Shown: positions 52,254-64,000 of the stretch, in pieces | Layout: each line of letters starts with the position of its first letter | Position numbering within the stretch: the stretch's first letter is position 1 | Source: Eledone cirrhosa | Taxonomy: Eukaryota | Assembly: GCA_964016885.1 (NCBI GenBank) | Contig: OZ024741.1 | Span: 112,654,001 to 112,718,000, forward strand | Direction: 5' to 3' | Length of the DNA stretch: 64,000 nucleotides | Notes under the pieces: generated by a model | Told to the model about the DNA's origin: nothing | Databases searched by the model: none | What the model saw: the letters and a program-made list of their open reading frames with translations, nothing else | Made by a program: the position numbers and the translations under genes

Positions 52254-55109
52254 TATATATGTATATATATATATATACATAACAAAATAAGATTGATAAA
52301 ATATATATCATACTTGAAAAATTTAAGTACTGGGGTCAAAATGATCAACTAAAATCCAATCCTTTAAAATAGTGCCTTAGCCTGGCCATAGTCTAATGAG
52401 TGAAACAAGTAAAAAATAAAAGAATGAATATAACTGTACTTATATATTTTCAAGTCGCATTGTTAAACTACTTCTGAAAAGTAAAGTAAATTACTTTGCT
52501 TATTTAGATATTTATTTTTAATTATTTTTGATTCTTCTCAGAGATGACACAGTTTGTAAGAATAGTAATTGAAAAAACAACCACCACCATGGCAACCATA
52601 ACAAGAGAAGTTTCATTATTGGAGTAGATAATACTAATTATTTTTTAAAAGTGATTAGCTAAATGACAATCCATAGATATTAGGAGTTTAAAATATTCAG
52701 TTGTCTACCAAAAGGAAGTCGAAGATATATTGAATAATAAAATTACTAAAAATATTTCATACCAGGAAATTTATCTGAATTTAAATATTATATGTCTGTC
52801 TGTCTGTAAATATGTATGCATCTGTGTATATATACACAGATGCATACATATTCAATACTTTTTACCTAATTCTTGGAAGTAAAACTTTTATGAAAATATA
52901 ATTCGATCCTATTCAACATCAAGATGAAAATAGTATTATATATATAATTTTCTTTCTAGTGTAATTTTTATTTGATAAATGTATATATATTTCTAGCATT
53001 TATCCCTAATTCTGGCTAGATCCATCAGATCTACGATCAATAGCTTTCCAGCCATAGCAACCCTGTCATTTTTTTTGCATATATAGTATATATAGAAGTA
53101 TATTATCCTATTTGTCATTGTTCTCTTTTCTAAGGCTAAGCATTTTTCATTTTGATTTTAATTTTTTACAAATTTTACTAATTTAAAGTAACGATAATTT
53201 TGTTTGTAATTTTCAAAAGAAAAAATTCAAGTAAACATCTTGTATTATAAAACCAGTTGCAGTTTCAAAGGGGTTAATTAAAGTCTGTAATTATGGTATG
53301 ATGGTATGTGCTACCAAGTTAAATATGATAGAAATGATGATGATCATAATGACAGTATGTAAAGATTATGATGATGATGATGATGATGATAACAATGATG
53401 GTGGTTGATTACAGTAAGATGTTGTGCTCCAACTTGGCCACAGTCAAATGACTGAAATCAGTAAAAGAATAAAGAGTGTGCTGGTGAGAAATAGCATTGT
53501 AGTCGGCTTGATTTTGTCAAAGACAGTTATTTTTTTTATTCATTTATTCTTTTACCAGCTTTACTCATTAGACTGTGAACATGCTGGATTATATCAACCC
53601 CTGTACTTATTTAAAGAAAAAGTTTGATCCCTATTTTATCAATCTCTTTTTGTCGAATTTCTAAGTTATGAGGCATAAACATTAAATACACACACATACT
53701 CATATGAACACAAGCACACACATAACAAATGTTTAGAAATTCTGTCTACCAAATTCCACTCATAAGGCATTAATTGGTCAGCTCAAAGCTACAGTTGAGG
53801 ACATTTTCCCAGGATGCCACACAATGAGATTGACCTCAAAACCACATTAGTGCAAAGTGACCTCCTTAACTACAAAGCTATTTTTGCATCTAATAATGTT
53901 TGTATTTGTTATGGTAGCTGTGACAGTTCAATAGATGGTATCAGTTAAGTTGGATAGTGGTTATTTATCACTAATTTGGTGATTGTAACAAAGATTATAA
54001 TAATGGTTTCATATATTGGCACAAGGCCAGACATTTTTAGGCTCCAGAATTTTATTTTGTTAGCGTTGTAAAGAGAAAAGGCAAAGTAAACTTCAGCAGG
54101 ATTTGAAAATGGAAAGTCTTTCTGTATGAAATTCTGAATTGCATTGCATTCAATGCACAAATGATTCTGCAAATCCACTGCCCTGACAAAGATTATAATA
54201 ATGATAGTGATGTTGGCATGTGGTTAGAATGCCTCAGGAAAGAATCACTGGACAGGTTTTATTTGCAAAACCAACTGGCAGGAGACCCTGCGGTAGACCC
54301 TGAACAAGATGATCCATGGGCTTGGCTGGTTTCACTTGGGGATCTAGTTGGATCAATTGGAGACTTCTGCTTTTGACAGGACCTGGAAGGAATGTTTGAG
54401 GGCGCTGCTCCTATGACCCTTTCAGGAATGGATAAAGAAGAGGGAAAAGAAGAAGAGTTGGTCATGCTGGATATGTCTTTTGGTTTCAAGGATGAGCGTT
54501 CCAGTTGTTCAATCAATGGAACAGCTTGTTTGTGAAATTAACATAAAAGAGACTAAGCATTTTACTGACATGTGTAAGTTTAACATTCTTCTAAAAGGGA
54601 TTCAGCATTACACATTGTATGATAAGGCTTGGCCCTTGAATTACTAGTATAGCCCATCTTGTGTAATTGGTTGAATATTCTACTGACACGTGTACCCATA
54701 ATGTAATTTTTAGGGAGATTGAATATGACACTATGTGACATGGCTGGCCCTATGAATTACAAGTACAGTCGATGTTGTATTATACTGTAAATGACTGAAT
54801 ATTCCTCATACAGATGTAGCTGTAATGTAATTTTTAGAGATATTTAGCATGACATAATGTGTGCTTCAAGGCTGTCACTTAAAATTCTAGGTACAGTCCA
54901 CCAGATAATCTTCCAAACAATTTCTCTCTGACCAATTTCCCTCATAAAACTTGGGTCAACCTGAAACTGTAGGAAAGGCACTTTCCCAAGAAGCCACACA
55001 GTGAGATTGCTAACCCAGAAGCTCATGACTAAAAAGTTAATTTAACTCTTCAGCTATCTTGTGTTCACTGATGTTTTTTTATATCATAAAGTGGTAAAGT
55101 TAATAGCAG

Positions 55110-55410
55110 TAAAAAGGTGATGATAATGATGGTGATGTTTTGTGATTGTAATGATGATAATGGTAGTGAGTGGTGAGGAAGATTATGATGTGGTGGGTGG
55201 TAATGGTAACAATGATGATGATAATGGTAACAATGATGATGATGATAATGGTAAGTACTGATAGTAATGATGGCGATATATGTTAATAACGATGATGCTA
55301 ATGATGACGATGATAATGACGGTGATAATAATGATGATGTTGATGATGATGGATGGGTATGGTGACAATGATAATATTCATGTTGATGTTGCTGACGATG
55401 ATGATGGAAT
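55110..55410. repeat. Degenerate (GAT/AAT)n trinucleotide repeat
   Basis: Direct reading. Confidence 0.9.
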
Positions 55411-56084
55411 AGATATATTTTTTGTAAGCTGAGAGAAATTATTAATTTTGGTTGGAACAATGATTCAATGTAATTATGCAGCAGAATGTTAGTGGAAATA
55501 ATTCTAAATTGTAGAATCAGGGTAGAATCAGTGTTTGAGATGTAAAACAAGGCAACTATTAATTTCCTCCACTTTTATTTTCCAAGATATTCTGTTCACT
55601 GTAATCAGAGACAATTTCAATGCTAAGAAGTGTCAGAAATTTTTCGACAATTTATTTTTCAATGCTTTTTAAAAATATATTTTGTGTAAAATTTAGAATC
55701 TAATTTCTTTTTTTTTAAATTAAAAGCGAAAAAACAACACAAATTGGCTGAAATAACAATGCAATGTTAAAGTAATTAAAGTGCTAAATTGTTTACACGG
55801 AGCTAAAGGAATTGAAATTATAGCACAGATGTGACATTATTGTTAGCAGTAAAAATGAGAGCAATGACTATATTCTTTTATTCTTTTACTTATTTCAGTC
55901 AATAGATTGTGGCCATGTTGAGGCACTGCTTTAAAAGTATTTATTTAGTCATATCAATACTAATAATTACATTTTGAAGTTTTGTACTTATATTATTAGT
56001 CTCTTTTTGTTTAACCACTAAGTTATAGGATATAAACAATCAGTGAATATAAACACACACACACACACAAATATATATAAAGGG

Positions 56085-56405
56085 TAAAGGCAGTAAAGAG
56101 TAAACACCCCCTTTATTCATGAATGACCAGGGTTTTGCACTTTGAATATTCCCTTCTGCTGCACAAAGCCGAGGAAGGAGTTTTTGTGGAAGACCAGCAG
56201 TCATTTGTGCTTATCAGTCTCCCCTCTCCAGGCCACCATTGTTGTCCAAGGGAAAGAAAAAAGCTGATGCAGCCTGGTACCAGTGACATTGCAACTCATT
56301 TCTGCAGCTAAATGAACTGGAGCAACATATTGCCTAGTCAAGTAATCAAACTCACAAACTCATAATTGTGAATCCAACTCTCAAACCACCAAACCATGCA
56401 CCTTC
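56085..56405 (-). mobile_element. Degenerate SINE (family B-like head and core, different tail)
   Basis: actcatttctgcagctaaatgaactggagcaa matches the family B core; decayed tRNA head about 56340-56405. Confidence 0.55.
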
Positions 56406-58155
56406 ACTAAGTTATAGGACATAAACATACAGTAAATGTAGAGCATGAGAATATACATACACACACAGACAGACACACACACACACATGGCCAACATCTT
56501 TTATCCTAGATCTGCTGGATCAGGCCTGATTTGGGGATAAATAACATGAAGAAGAAACCTTACCCTTTCTAATTTATTTCATAATCATCATCATCATATT
56601 ATGTCTGTTTCCATGAACAGGTCATTAAAGACCAAGTAATACTTAATCAGAGCTACTGTCTTCTTAGACAGACTAGAGACCACGTATAGCTTACATACAT
56701 TCTAAAATTTAGTTTTGAACTTTGTAATAAAAAAAAAATCATTTTGCTGTAAATTGTTTTCTTTTAACCTGTCATGGCTGAGTGAGTGTGATTTTCACCA
56801 CCTACAGAACAACAACAGAAGCAGGAAGGAGATTTTAAAATATATGGCAGAATACATTTCAGTATTTGTTCCAGATATCTGTTGTGCTCTGAGTTTAAAT
56901 CCTGCTGAGGTCAATTTTGCCTTTCATTGTTCTGGGGTTGATAAAATAAAGTACCAGAATGGTTGCAGTGTTGGATAAAATACATTTTAGTGATTTCAGA
57001 TTCTACTTGGATGGTAGACTAAATCCATCACTCAGTTTAACACTACCACATGGCTTTGGTTGCCTCTTATCAAGTCCACTCTGTTTTAAGAATTTTGGTT
57101 GGATTTCTGGTTTAAGAAAACTAGGCTGAAAAGGTTGAAAACCTCTGATCTAGCAGAATAACACATTTTCACAAATTAATTCAAGTTCCACTTCCTCATG
57201 TATAATTATGTAGTACTAGTGGTCCAGTATTATCAATCATGCTGGTAATAGAATTGAACATATTTAATGTTTTGTGTCAAGGATTGACATACCATATATA
57301 CCAGGATTACTCGATATATGAACAACCAAATAAATTAGGAAATCTCTGTTTTGATAAATTAATAGTTTGTATAAGAGAAAGTTTATGTTGATTACAGACA
57401 TGTGAAAGTTATTAAGGATAATGATATTTTAATAATTTATTTCTAGGATATAATTGCATAAATGTTCAGCATATATATAGAAATGATATAAAGGATTAAA
57501 TGTATGAGTAACCTATTTACAGAGACAAATATAACATTAGTACCCAGAACATTTTGATTGGAAAATGACATTCTTATTGTAAGAACATGATTGAGATAAG
57601 AAATGCATTGTCTGTATGTGTGTGTAAAATTTAAAGAGTTACAGAGATATATATAAATATACAAACACATGGCATATTATTATGGTTGATTGTATTCTTT
57701 TATTCTTTTAAAAGCTCTGTGTTTCTGATAGGCTGCATGTATCTGGTTTAAAGTTGATCACGGTATCTCTGTATTGCCTAAAAAGTTCTCCATGTGTGTC
57801 ATGGGGTTGTTTAAGCAGGGAAAATACCCTTAAAAATTTGTCATAGTATATTCTTTTATTCTTTTACTGACTACAATCATTAAACTGCACCCTTCCTGAG
57901 GCATCACCTTCCAGAAAATTTGTGTCTACCATATAAATTTCAGTACTTAATTCAGTTGGTTATTTTATTGATCTCTCTTTATCCGATTGTTACGTTTTGT
58001 TTTGCCCTAAAGATACACAACTTGATACACTGTTTACACAATTATGCACAAGCACAAATGTACACTCACATACACACACAACAACAATTTTTTTTTCATG
58101 CTAAAGTAGGGGATAGTTTTGCAGGTGCCATTACAGGCTTCAAAATCATTATAGA

Positions 58156-58769
58156 CAAGGGCCGGATTTGATGGGGTGCAAAGAGAAGAATTGCCTTGGG
58201 CGCCTACAGTAGGGAGGGGGAACCAGCGATGGCTGTAGCAATTTATATTTGCTTTCTGCCGTGCTTTTTAGTTTTATCCCTTTGACAGCGAGAACTATAT
58301 TTTTAACAAAAAGTATTTAATGTCTTTACTGTGGCAAAAATACAACACATTTTCTCAACTTTAGAGACAACAGATTATCAGAACAATATTCTAATAAAAA
58401 TAGTTGCCAGTATTCAAAAACAGTGCATCCAATAAAAACTCTAAAGTGGTTATGTTAAAAAGGGCATCCAGCCATAGAAACCATGCCAAATATGTAATGT
58501 ATGAGCAAGATGAGGTCATTTCGATATGTCTGGTCTCAAACTGTGACAACTCATCCAACACATGCCAGTGTGGAAGGTGGACGTAAAATGACGATGGTTC
58601 GATATTTTGAATTTAATACCTGTATGTTTAACTTTTCAATTCCAATTACCTGTGCCAGCTGACTTTGATATGTAAAATTTAGTGTTTTCTGTGTATTCTA
58701 TTTTTTGTGTATGAAGAGGCCCCTCCAAACCTGAAGTGCTTCAGTCCCCAAGGTCTAAATCCAGCCCTG
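58156..58769. mobile_element. Putative hAT-like non-autonomous element with an internal RTE-tail insertion
   Basis: Terminal agggccggattt / aaatccagccct; RTE tail at about 58400-58596; no clear TSD. Confidence 0.45.
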
Positions 58770-59962
58770 TCATGTGCCCCTTTACTAACACATTGTTTTA
58801 CAGCTGAATACTCTTCTTGGCATCAGCTCTTTTAGTCAACAGTTACATCATGTAGCAGCGATAAGATGTACCTATTCTACTAGATACATACTCACACAGA
58901 TAAGTGTACACATTTGAAGATGTCTTTGAATTACAAAAATGCTAGCTGGTTAGATATGGACTTCTGTTGAGCAGGGTTAACCTGTGGTTATGCATCAATA
59001 AAAATTACATAATTTTTAAGTATCTCTCCCTTAATTTTCAAAATCTTCCTACCTAGTGATTCAAATGTCAAAGTGTTTGCGGAAGGAATCTTGCACCCAC
59101 ATTATTAAGAATGGTGTTTTCCTATTTTCTTATCCCTTCCTCCCACACTCCATCCCTACATATGCTTTTATGTCTCTGATTCTCTTACCATTTCTATTTT
59201 CCTTTCCTTTTATTATTTTCCATTAATGTCCATTCTTTTTTAATTTGGAATATTTTCCCTACATACCCTATGCATTTATAGATGTGTGTGTTTGTGTGTG
59301 TTTATATATACATTATCATCACCATCATCATCATCATCCTTAGTGTTTTGCATGTGTGTGTACAGACATATATACATATGTTTTGTGTGCTTATGTATTA
59401 ATGTGTGTGTGTGTGTGGACATATGGGCTTCATTTTCTAATTCAAAAGTTTTCAATATGACTGGTTGGTGGCGATCACTAATGGGTGAATTAGCATTTTA
59501 AGTGGATGTTAGAAAATTGAGTTTTTCTTTTCCTTTGACTTTTTTGCAAATTTGACTAATTTAACTTAATGATAATTTTTTGTTTTTTTCCTAAAAAAAA
59601 AGGGAAAATCAATAATGCATGCATTAAACTAACAGCGTTGATTACCACTGCTCTAATGTACCATATCTGCTCTGGTTTGCTATATTAGAGCATTTCATAT
59701 TAGTTCTTTGTTGAAGAATAATTTCAAAATCTAATCTACAAAGGTAACAGTAAGTAAGGTAAATGCTTACCAAGCTACAAAGAACTTTTAAAAAGCCAAC
59801 ATATCTAATATCGTTTTTATAGAGTTGAATAGAATTGTAATGAAATTCTCACAATATATGACAGTAGCCTATCACAGCTATCATCATTCTGAAATGACAC
59901 AGTGACTATAAATCATAGTTAAGTGAAATAATACATTAATATTTAACCTTTTCTTTACCATA

Positions 59963-60912
59963 TCTGTATATATATAAAATTAAGTATGTGTGTGTGTTTG
60001 TGTGTGTGTCTGTGTATTACCTATAGAGGCCTACATCTTACGACCGATTTTCATGAAACTTTACAGGCTGATAGATTAGTCATCGGGGAGTGTTTTCTAT
60101 ATATCAGCGTATCGTTTTTTTTTTTATTTCGGGGTCATTCTGCAGATAAAAATCGATAGAGGGGGGGGGGTCACCTTTTTTTTTTGGTATCGAAAAATAA
60201 GATTTTTGGCTCTAGCTCCCTCATTTTGCCACCGATTTCGTTCAAATTTTAAAGCAAAATAGAATTTATCATTGCACATCCTGTAATGGCTATATATTTT
60301 GCATTTGTTGTTCAGGGACGACGTGGCAGCCGCTTAAATATTCAAAAATACCACTTTTAGACTCAAATTTCCACTTTTTCGGCTCTAGCTCCCACATTAA
60401 TCAACCTACTTTGTTCAAATTTTACACTACGCTAGATCTGATTATTTCACGTCTTAAAGTGGCTTTACATTTTGGATTTTTTGTTCAGGAAGGGCGTGGC
60501 AGCCGCTTAAATATTCGAAAATACCACCTTTCCGCTCAAATTTCCGCCTTTTCAGCTCTAGCTCCCACCCTTTTCAACCGATTCCGTTCAGATTCGAAAA
60601 TTCTCCTCCACCTCACACATAAATCAATTTATTTGGTTCAACTTTTATATTACGATAGAACCTATCATTGCACATCTTATAGTAGCTTTACACTTTGCAT
60701 TTGTTGTTCAGGGACGGCGTGGCAGCCGTTTAACTCTTCAAAATACGATTTTCTCCGCCTTCCACATATTCCATACGATTTCACTCAACATTTCGCCATT
60801 TGCTACACCTTACGACCGATTTTCAAGAAACTCGCAGTCGCTAAGATCAACACCTATTCATCAAAGCAGATATTATTTTACCTACCCAGGCAACGCTGGG
60901 TACTGTTGTTAG
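59963..60912 (+). mobile_element. Non-autonomous Helitron
   Basis: A|TC 5' start; 3' hairpin CCCAGGCAACGCTGGG (60885-60900) then TTAG|T (CTAG variant); internal about 170-bp tandem repeats (gctctagctccc, cgtggcagccg). Confidence 0.78.
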
Positions 60913-61019
60913 TTTCTAATAAAAGCTAAAGCCTATGACTTTCAAAACCTTTTGAAAATAATCAAGAATTTGGAGGGATTTAGTGATATAACTAACTTTC
61001 ACATTATTAAGTTGATGTG

Positions 61020-61610
61020 AGTGCAGTGAATTGGCAGAGTCATTTGAGCATCAAACTAGTGTTTCACAGTATTTGATCGGGCCCTCTACCTTCTGGTTTC
61101 AAATCTCACTTATGTCAACTTTGCCTTTCACCCTTCTGGGGTACCAGACAAGTATTGGGGTCAATATAATCGACTTTCCACTCCCACAAAATGTCTGATC
61201 TTTGCCTAAATTAGAAATCCTCTAATTTCTCCATTCTACAACTGTAACCAGTATTGGAATAAAATATTATGTATATTTATCATTATTATATCTATTAAAT
61301 CCCGCCGAGGTTAACTTGCCTTTCATCCTTACGGGGTCGATAAAATAAAGTACCAGTAATATACTGGGTATTTGGTGGCCTTATGCCAAAAGTAGATACA
61401 ATTATTATATCTATTGTAATGGCAGTCGATTGGCAGAATCGGTAGAGCATCAGACACCATGCTTTGCAGAATAGAGTTATGGCCCTTTATGTTCTGAGTT
61501 CAAATCCTGCCAAAATTATTTTCCCTTTCATCCTTATGGGGTCAATAAAATAAAGTAGTAAAATGCATTGGGATAATTGCTGGCCTTGTACCAAAAGTAG
61601 AAACAATTAT
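61020..61610 (+). mobile_element. Cluster of three SINE family A copies
   Basis: Three gcctttca(t/c)cctt...(gt)c(g/a)ata cores with A/B boxes. Confidence 0.82.
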
Positions 61611-63476
61611 TGTACCTAGTGTTTCTTTAGTCTATGCATTTTGATATCTTGTTCATAGGACCTTATATAAATTCTTTATTTTTCTCCTATTGCTCATCAC
61701 TATTTAAAATAGTAAACAGTTTCATAAACATAGCACTAGGTTGAATGCTTAATTGTAGTAGTTCCCAAACTATTCACTACCTGTAAGAACCATTGGCATT
61801 GTAGTATCTGATTTGCTACAGTACACTTCTGAGTTCAAATTAACCCCTTGTGTTTAAGACATTTCCTATAGTTTTCAAATAGTCAAGAATTTAGAGTGAT
61901 TAGGTATCATAACTAAATTTTTAATCATTAAGTTGATAATATAGCTTAAAGTTTCTTAAATAAAATTATGGTGGAAGGGTTTTAAATAAATATAAGCACT
62001 TAAAAATATAAAATTTTGTATCTTATAACCAGGGTCAGCTTCAGGTGGTTTGGCTTCAGAGTAAACCAATTTCAACTTTGTTTTTCATCTTGGAGTTGAC
62101 AAATACTGCTTAATTAACCTTCTACTTTGTCATAATAGAGTCAGTTTAGCAACAATACAGGTTAATATTATTTCAATCAAAATGTTACAAAACTATGAAT
62201 GATATATTTAAAAAAAAAACTAATATAACTAAACAGGAATTATTTTAATATAGAAAGAATTTATCTTTATGGTATTGATATTTCTGTTTATCATTGTTGA
62301 TAAGAATAAACTATTGCATGTTGTATTTGGTAACTATATAACCGACATACAATGAATAATTTCATATAGATAACAGGGAAAAATATATTTCTAAGAAAAA
62401 AGCTATATTTTGTATCATATCAAAATCCTTCTCAACTTCAATATTTTTTTCAAAATTAGCAATTGAGTGGTTTATCAATTTCTCATAGATAATGGGAAAA
62501 TACTTCTAAGAAAAAAGATTCAATAATATAAAATGTCTCAAACCGCCCTTGGTTCTAGATGCATAGTTGTTTCTTTTAAAGAGTTTATATTTATCTAAAA
62601 ATCTTGCATCATAATTTTGTATAAACAAAATTGTTAATTTATATTCCAAACACCATTTAATAATCAGAAGGTTAGTTATATTAATAAATCATTCTAAAGT
62701 TTTGATCATTTAAAAAAATTACCTGAAAAACAAAGGCAGTGTTTTTCATTAGAAATATTGTAACATCATCATCATTTAACATCCTTCTTTCCTGTTAGTA
62801 AGGGTTTGCTTGATCTTCACAGACTAAGTCAACATTCAAGTTATCGACCTTTCAGATGGTTTGGAGCTGCATCTCACATATGTGCCCATGCTCTACAAGT
62901 TTTATGATGGCACCAGTACTAGGGAGATTGTCATGTCTTTGGAATAGCTTTCAAAATTCAACTATTGATTTAATCAAATTTTTAGTTTATTATTGAAAAT
63001 GAGAAAACATATTTGAAAGAAAATAGCTTTATTTAGCATTACATCAAAATCCTTGACAACTTTAATATTCAAGAGAATTTAACTATGGAGATTCATTCAC
63101 TTTACCAATATCTAATGGAATGCATGAAAAGCATATCATATAGAAGTCATAAATAAAATACTTGAAAGATAATTGTGCACCTGTTGCTGTTAAGAGTATT
63201 TTTAGCAAAGAAATTAGATATTTAACATCACTCAGTAAAAACTTGGCTGCCAACCAAAAAGCACGTAGATCTTATTCTATCTCTACTTAAAACATTATTT
63301 TTTAGTTTATTTCTATTTGATGATTTTTTCATTTATCTCCTTCATATCATCATCTCAATCTTGACCTTTTACCAGTGTGCAGTAGTCATGGGGAAAAGAT
63401 GGATAATGAATAATAATGTTTCCAAAATATAAAGCACTCTGCCAATAGCTGTTACAAATTAACAAACTAATGAAAT

Positions 63477-63735
63477 TAAACCCCTAAGTTACTATATTTC
63501 TAATGGAAGATATTGCACAGGATTTTGAAATAATTTTGAAACTAACGAATTTCAAGGGATTTAATAATAAAAGTAACCTCATTGTCAAGGTAGTGTTTGG
63601 AGTATAACTTTAAGAAAGATTCTAACGTAAAATTATGGTGAAATATTTTTAGATAAATATAAACACTTTAAGATAACCAGTTTTGTAATGTAGAGCAAGT
63701 ATCAGTTTCTGACAGCTTGATATCAAAAAGGTTAT
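63477..63735. mobile_element. Degenerate TTAA-ended (piggyBac-like) MITE; related copies near 50180-50535, 51087-51310, 61845-62065, 62540-62765
   Basis: Shared gttactatatttctaatg...ttttgaaa.taat...aattatggtg...taaatataa.cactt blocks; ends ttaa(a)ccc / aaaaggtta. Confidence 0.45.
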
Positions 63736-63929
63736 CCCTCCACTTTCTCCCTTTCACAAAATATCGATTAATTGGCATTAAAATATTATCTATTCCCTAT
63801 ATTTAGAATGATTTGTTGTTATTTTCCTTGATTGTGCAGCTGATTAGAGCAATCATTACTAAACCTATTGGACTTTCTACAAAGTCACAATAGTAGCTTA
63901 CTGTTATCAATACATCACTAACATTCTTC

Positions 63930-64000
63930 TCCATGCTTTGCAGCATAGAGTTATGGCCCTTTACGGTCTGAGTCACAAATCTTGCCGAGGTTAAATTTGC
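63930..64000 (+). mobile_element. SINE family A copy running off the window end
   Basis: ccatgctttgcagcatagagttatggccctttacggtctgag...gccgaggttaa. Confidence 0.8.

Noticed and set aside
55065-55550. His/Ser-rich 161-aa ORF
   Set aside because: Product of a degenerate (GAT)n repeat
60411-60929. 172-aa ORF
   Set aside because: Lies in Helitron subrepeats; no Rep/helicase motifs and no ATG start

Overview
AT-rich, microsatellite-laden eukaryotic DNA, most likely intergenic or intronic sequence from a coleoid cephalopod (octopus-like). That assignment is inferred from the SINE and RTE repeat types and is not proven. I can support no intact host gene; most ORF-track entries are (TA)n/(CA)n/(GA)n translations or transposon debris. 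The window is a mosaic of mobile elements: a 5'-truncated RTE LINE with an intact RT + PHD-finger reading frame (8091-10609) and about 10 further RTE fragments; a near-complete Naiad-type Penelope-like element (PLE, 26206-30059); Neptune-type and other PLE remnants; a DD37D (maT)-type Tc1/mariner transposon with TIRs; a HERO-like non-LTR fragment; a non-autonomous Helitron; MITEs; and two tRNA-derived SINE families, one forming a divergent tandem array. A decayed class-A GPCR-like pseudogene probably lies at about 2.7-3.5 kb. The most striking hidden signal is RNA-structural. About 13 type-I hammerhead ribozyme (HHR)-like motifs of about 8 sequence types were read by eye. They include non-canonical cores (CUGAGAAG, CAGAAGA) and small ORF-less fold-back elements with back-to-back hammerheads on both strands, nearly all embedded in (TA)n tracts. 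All alignments and folds were done by eye; no database searches were run.
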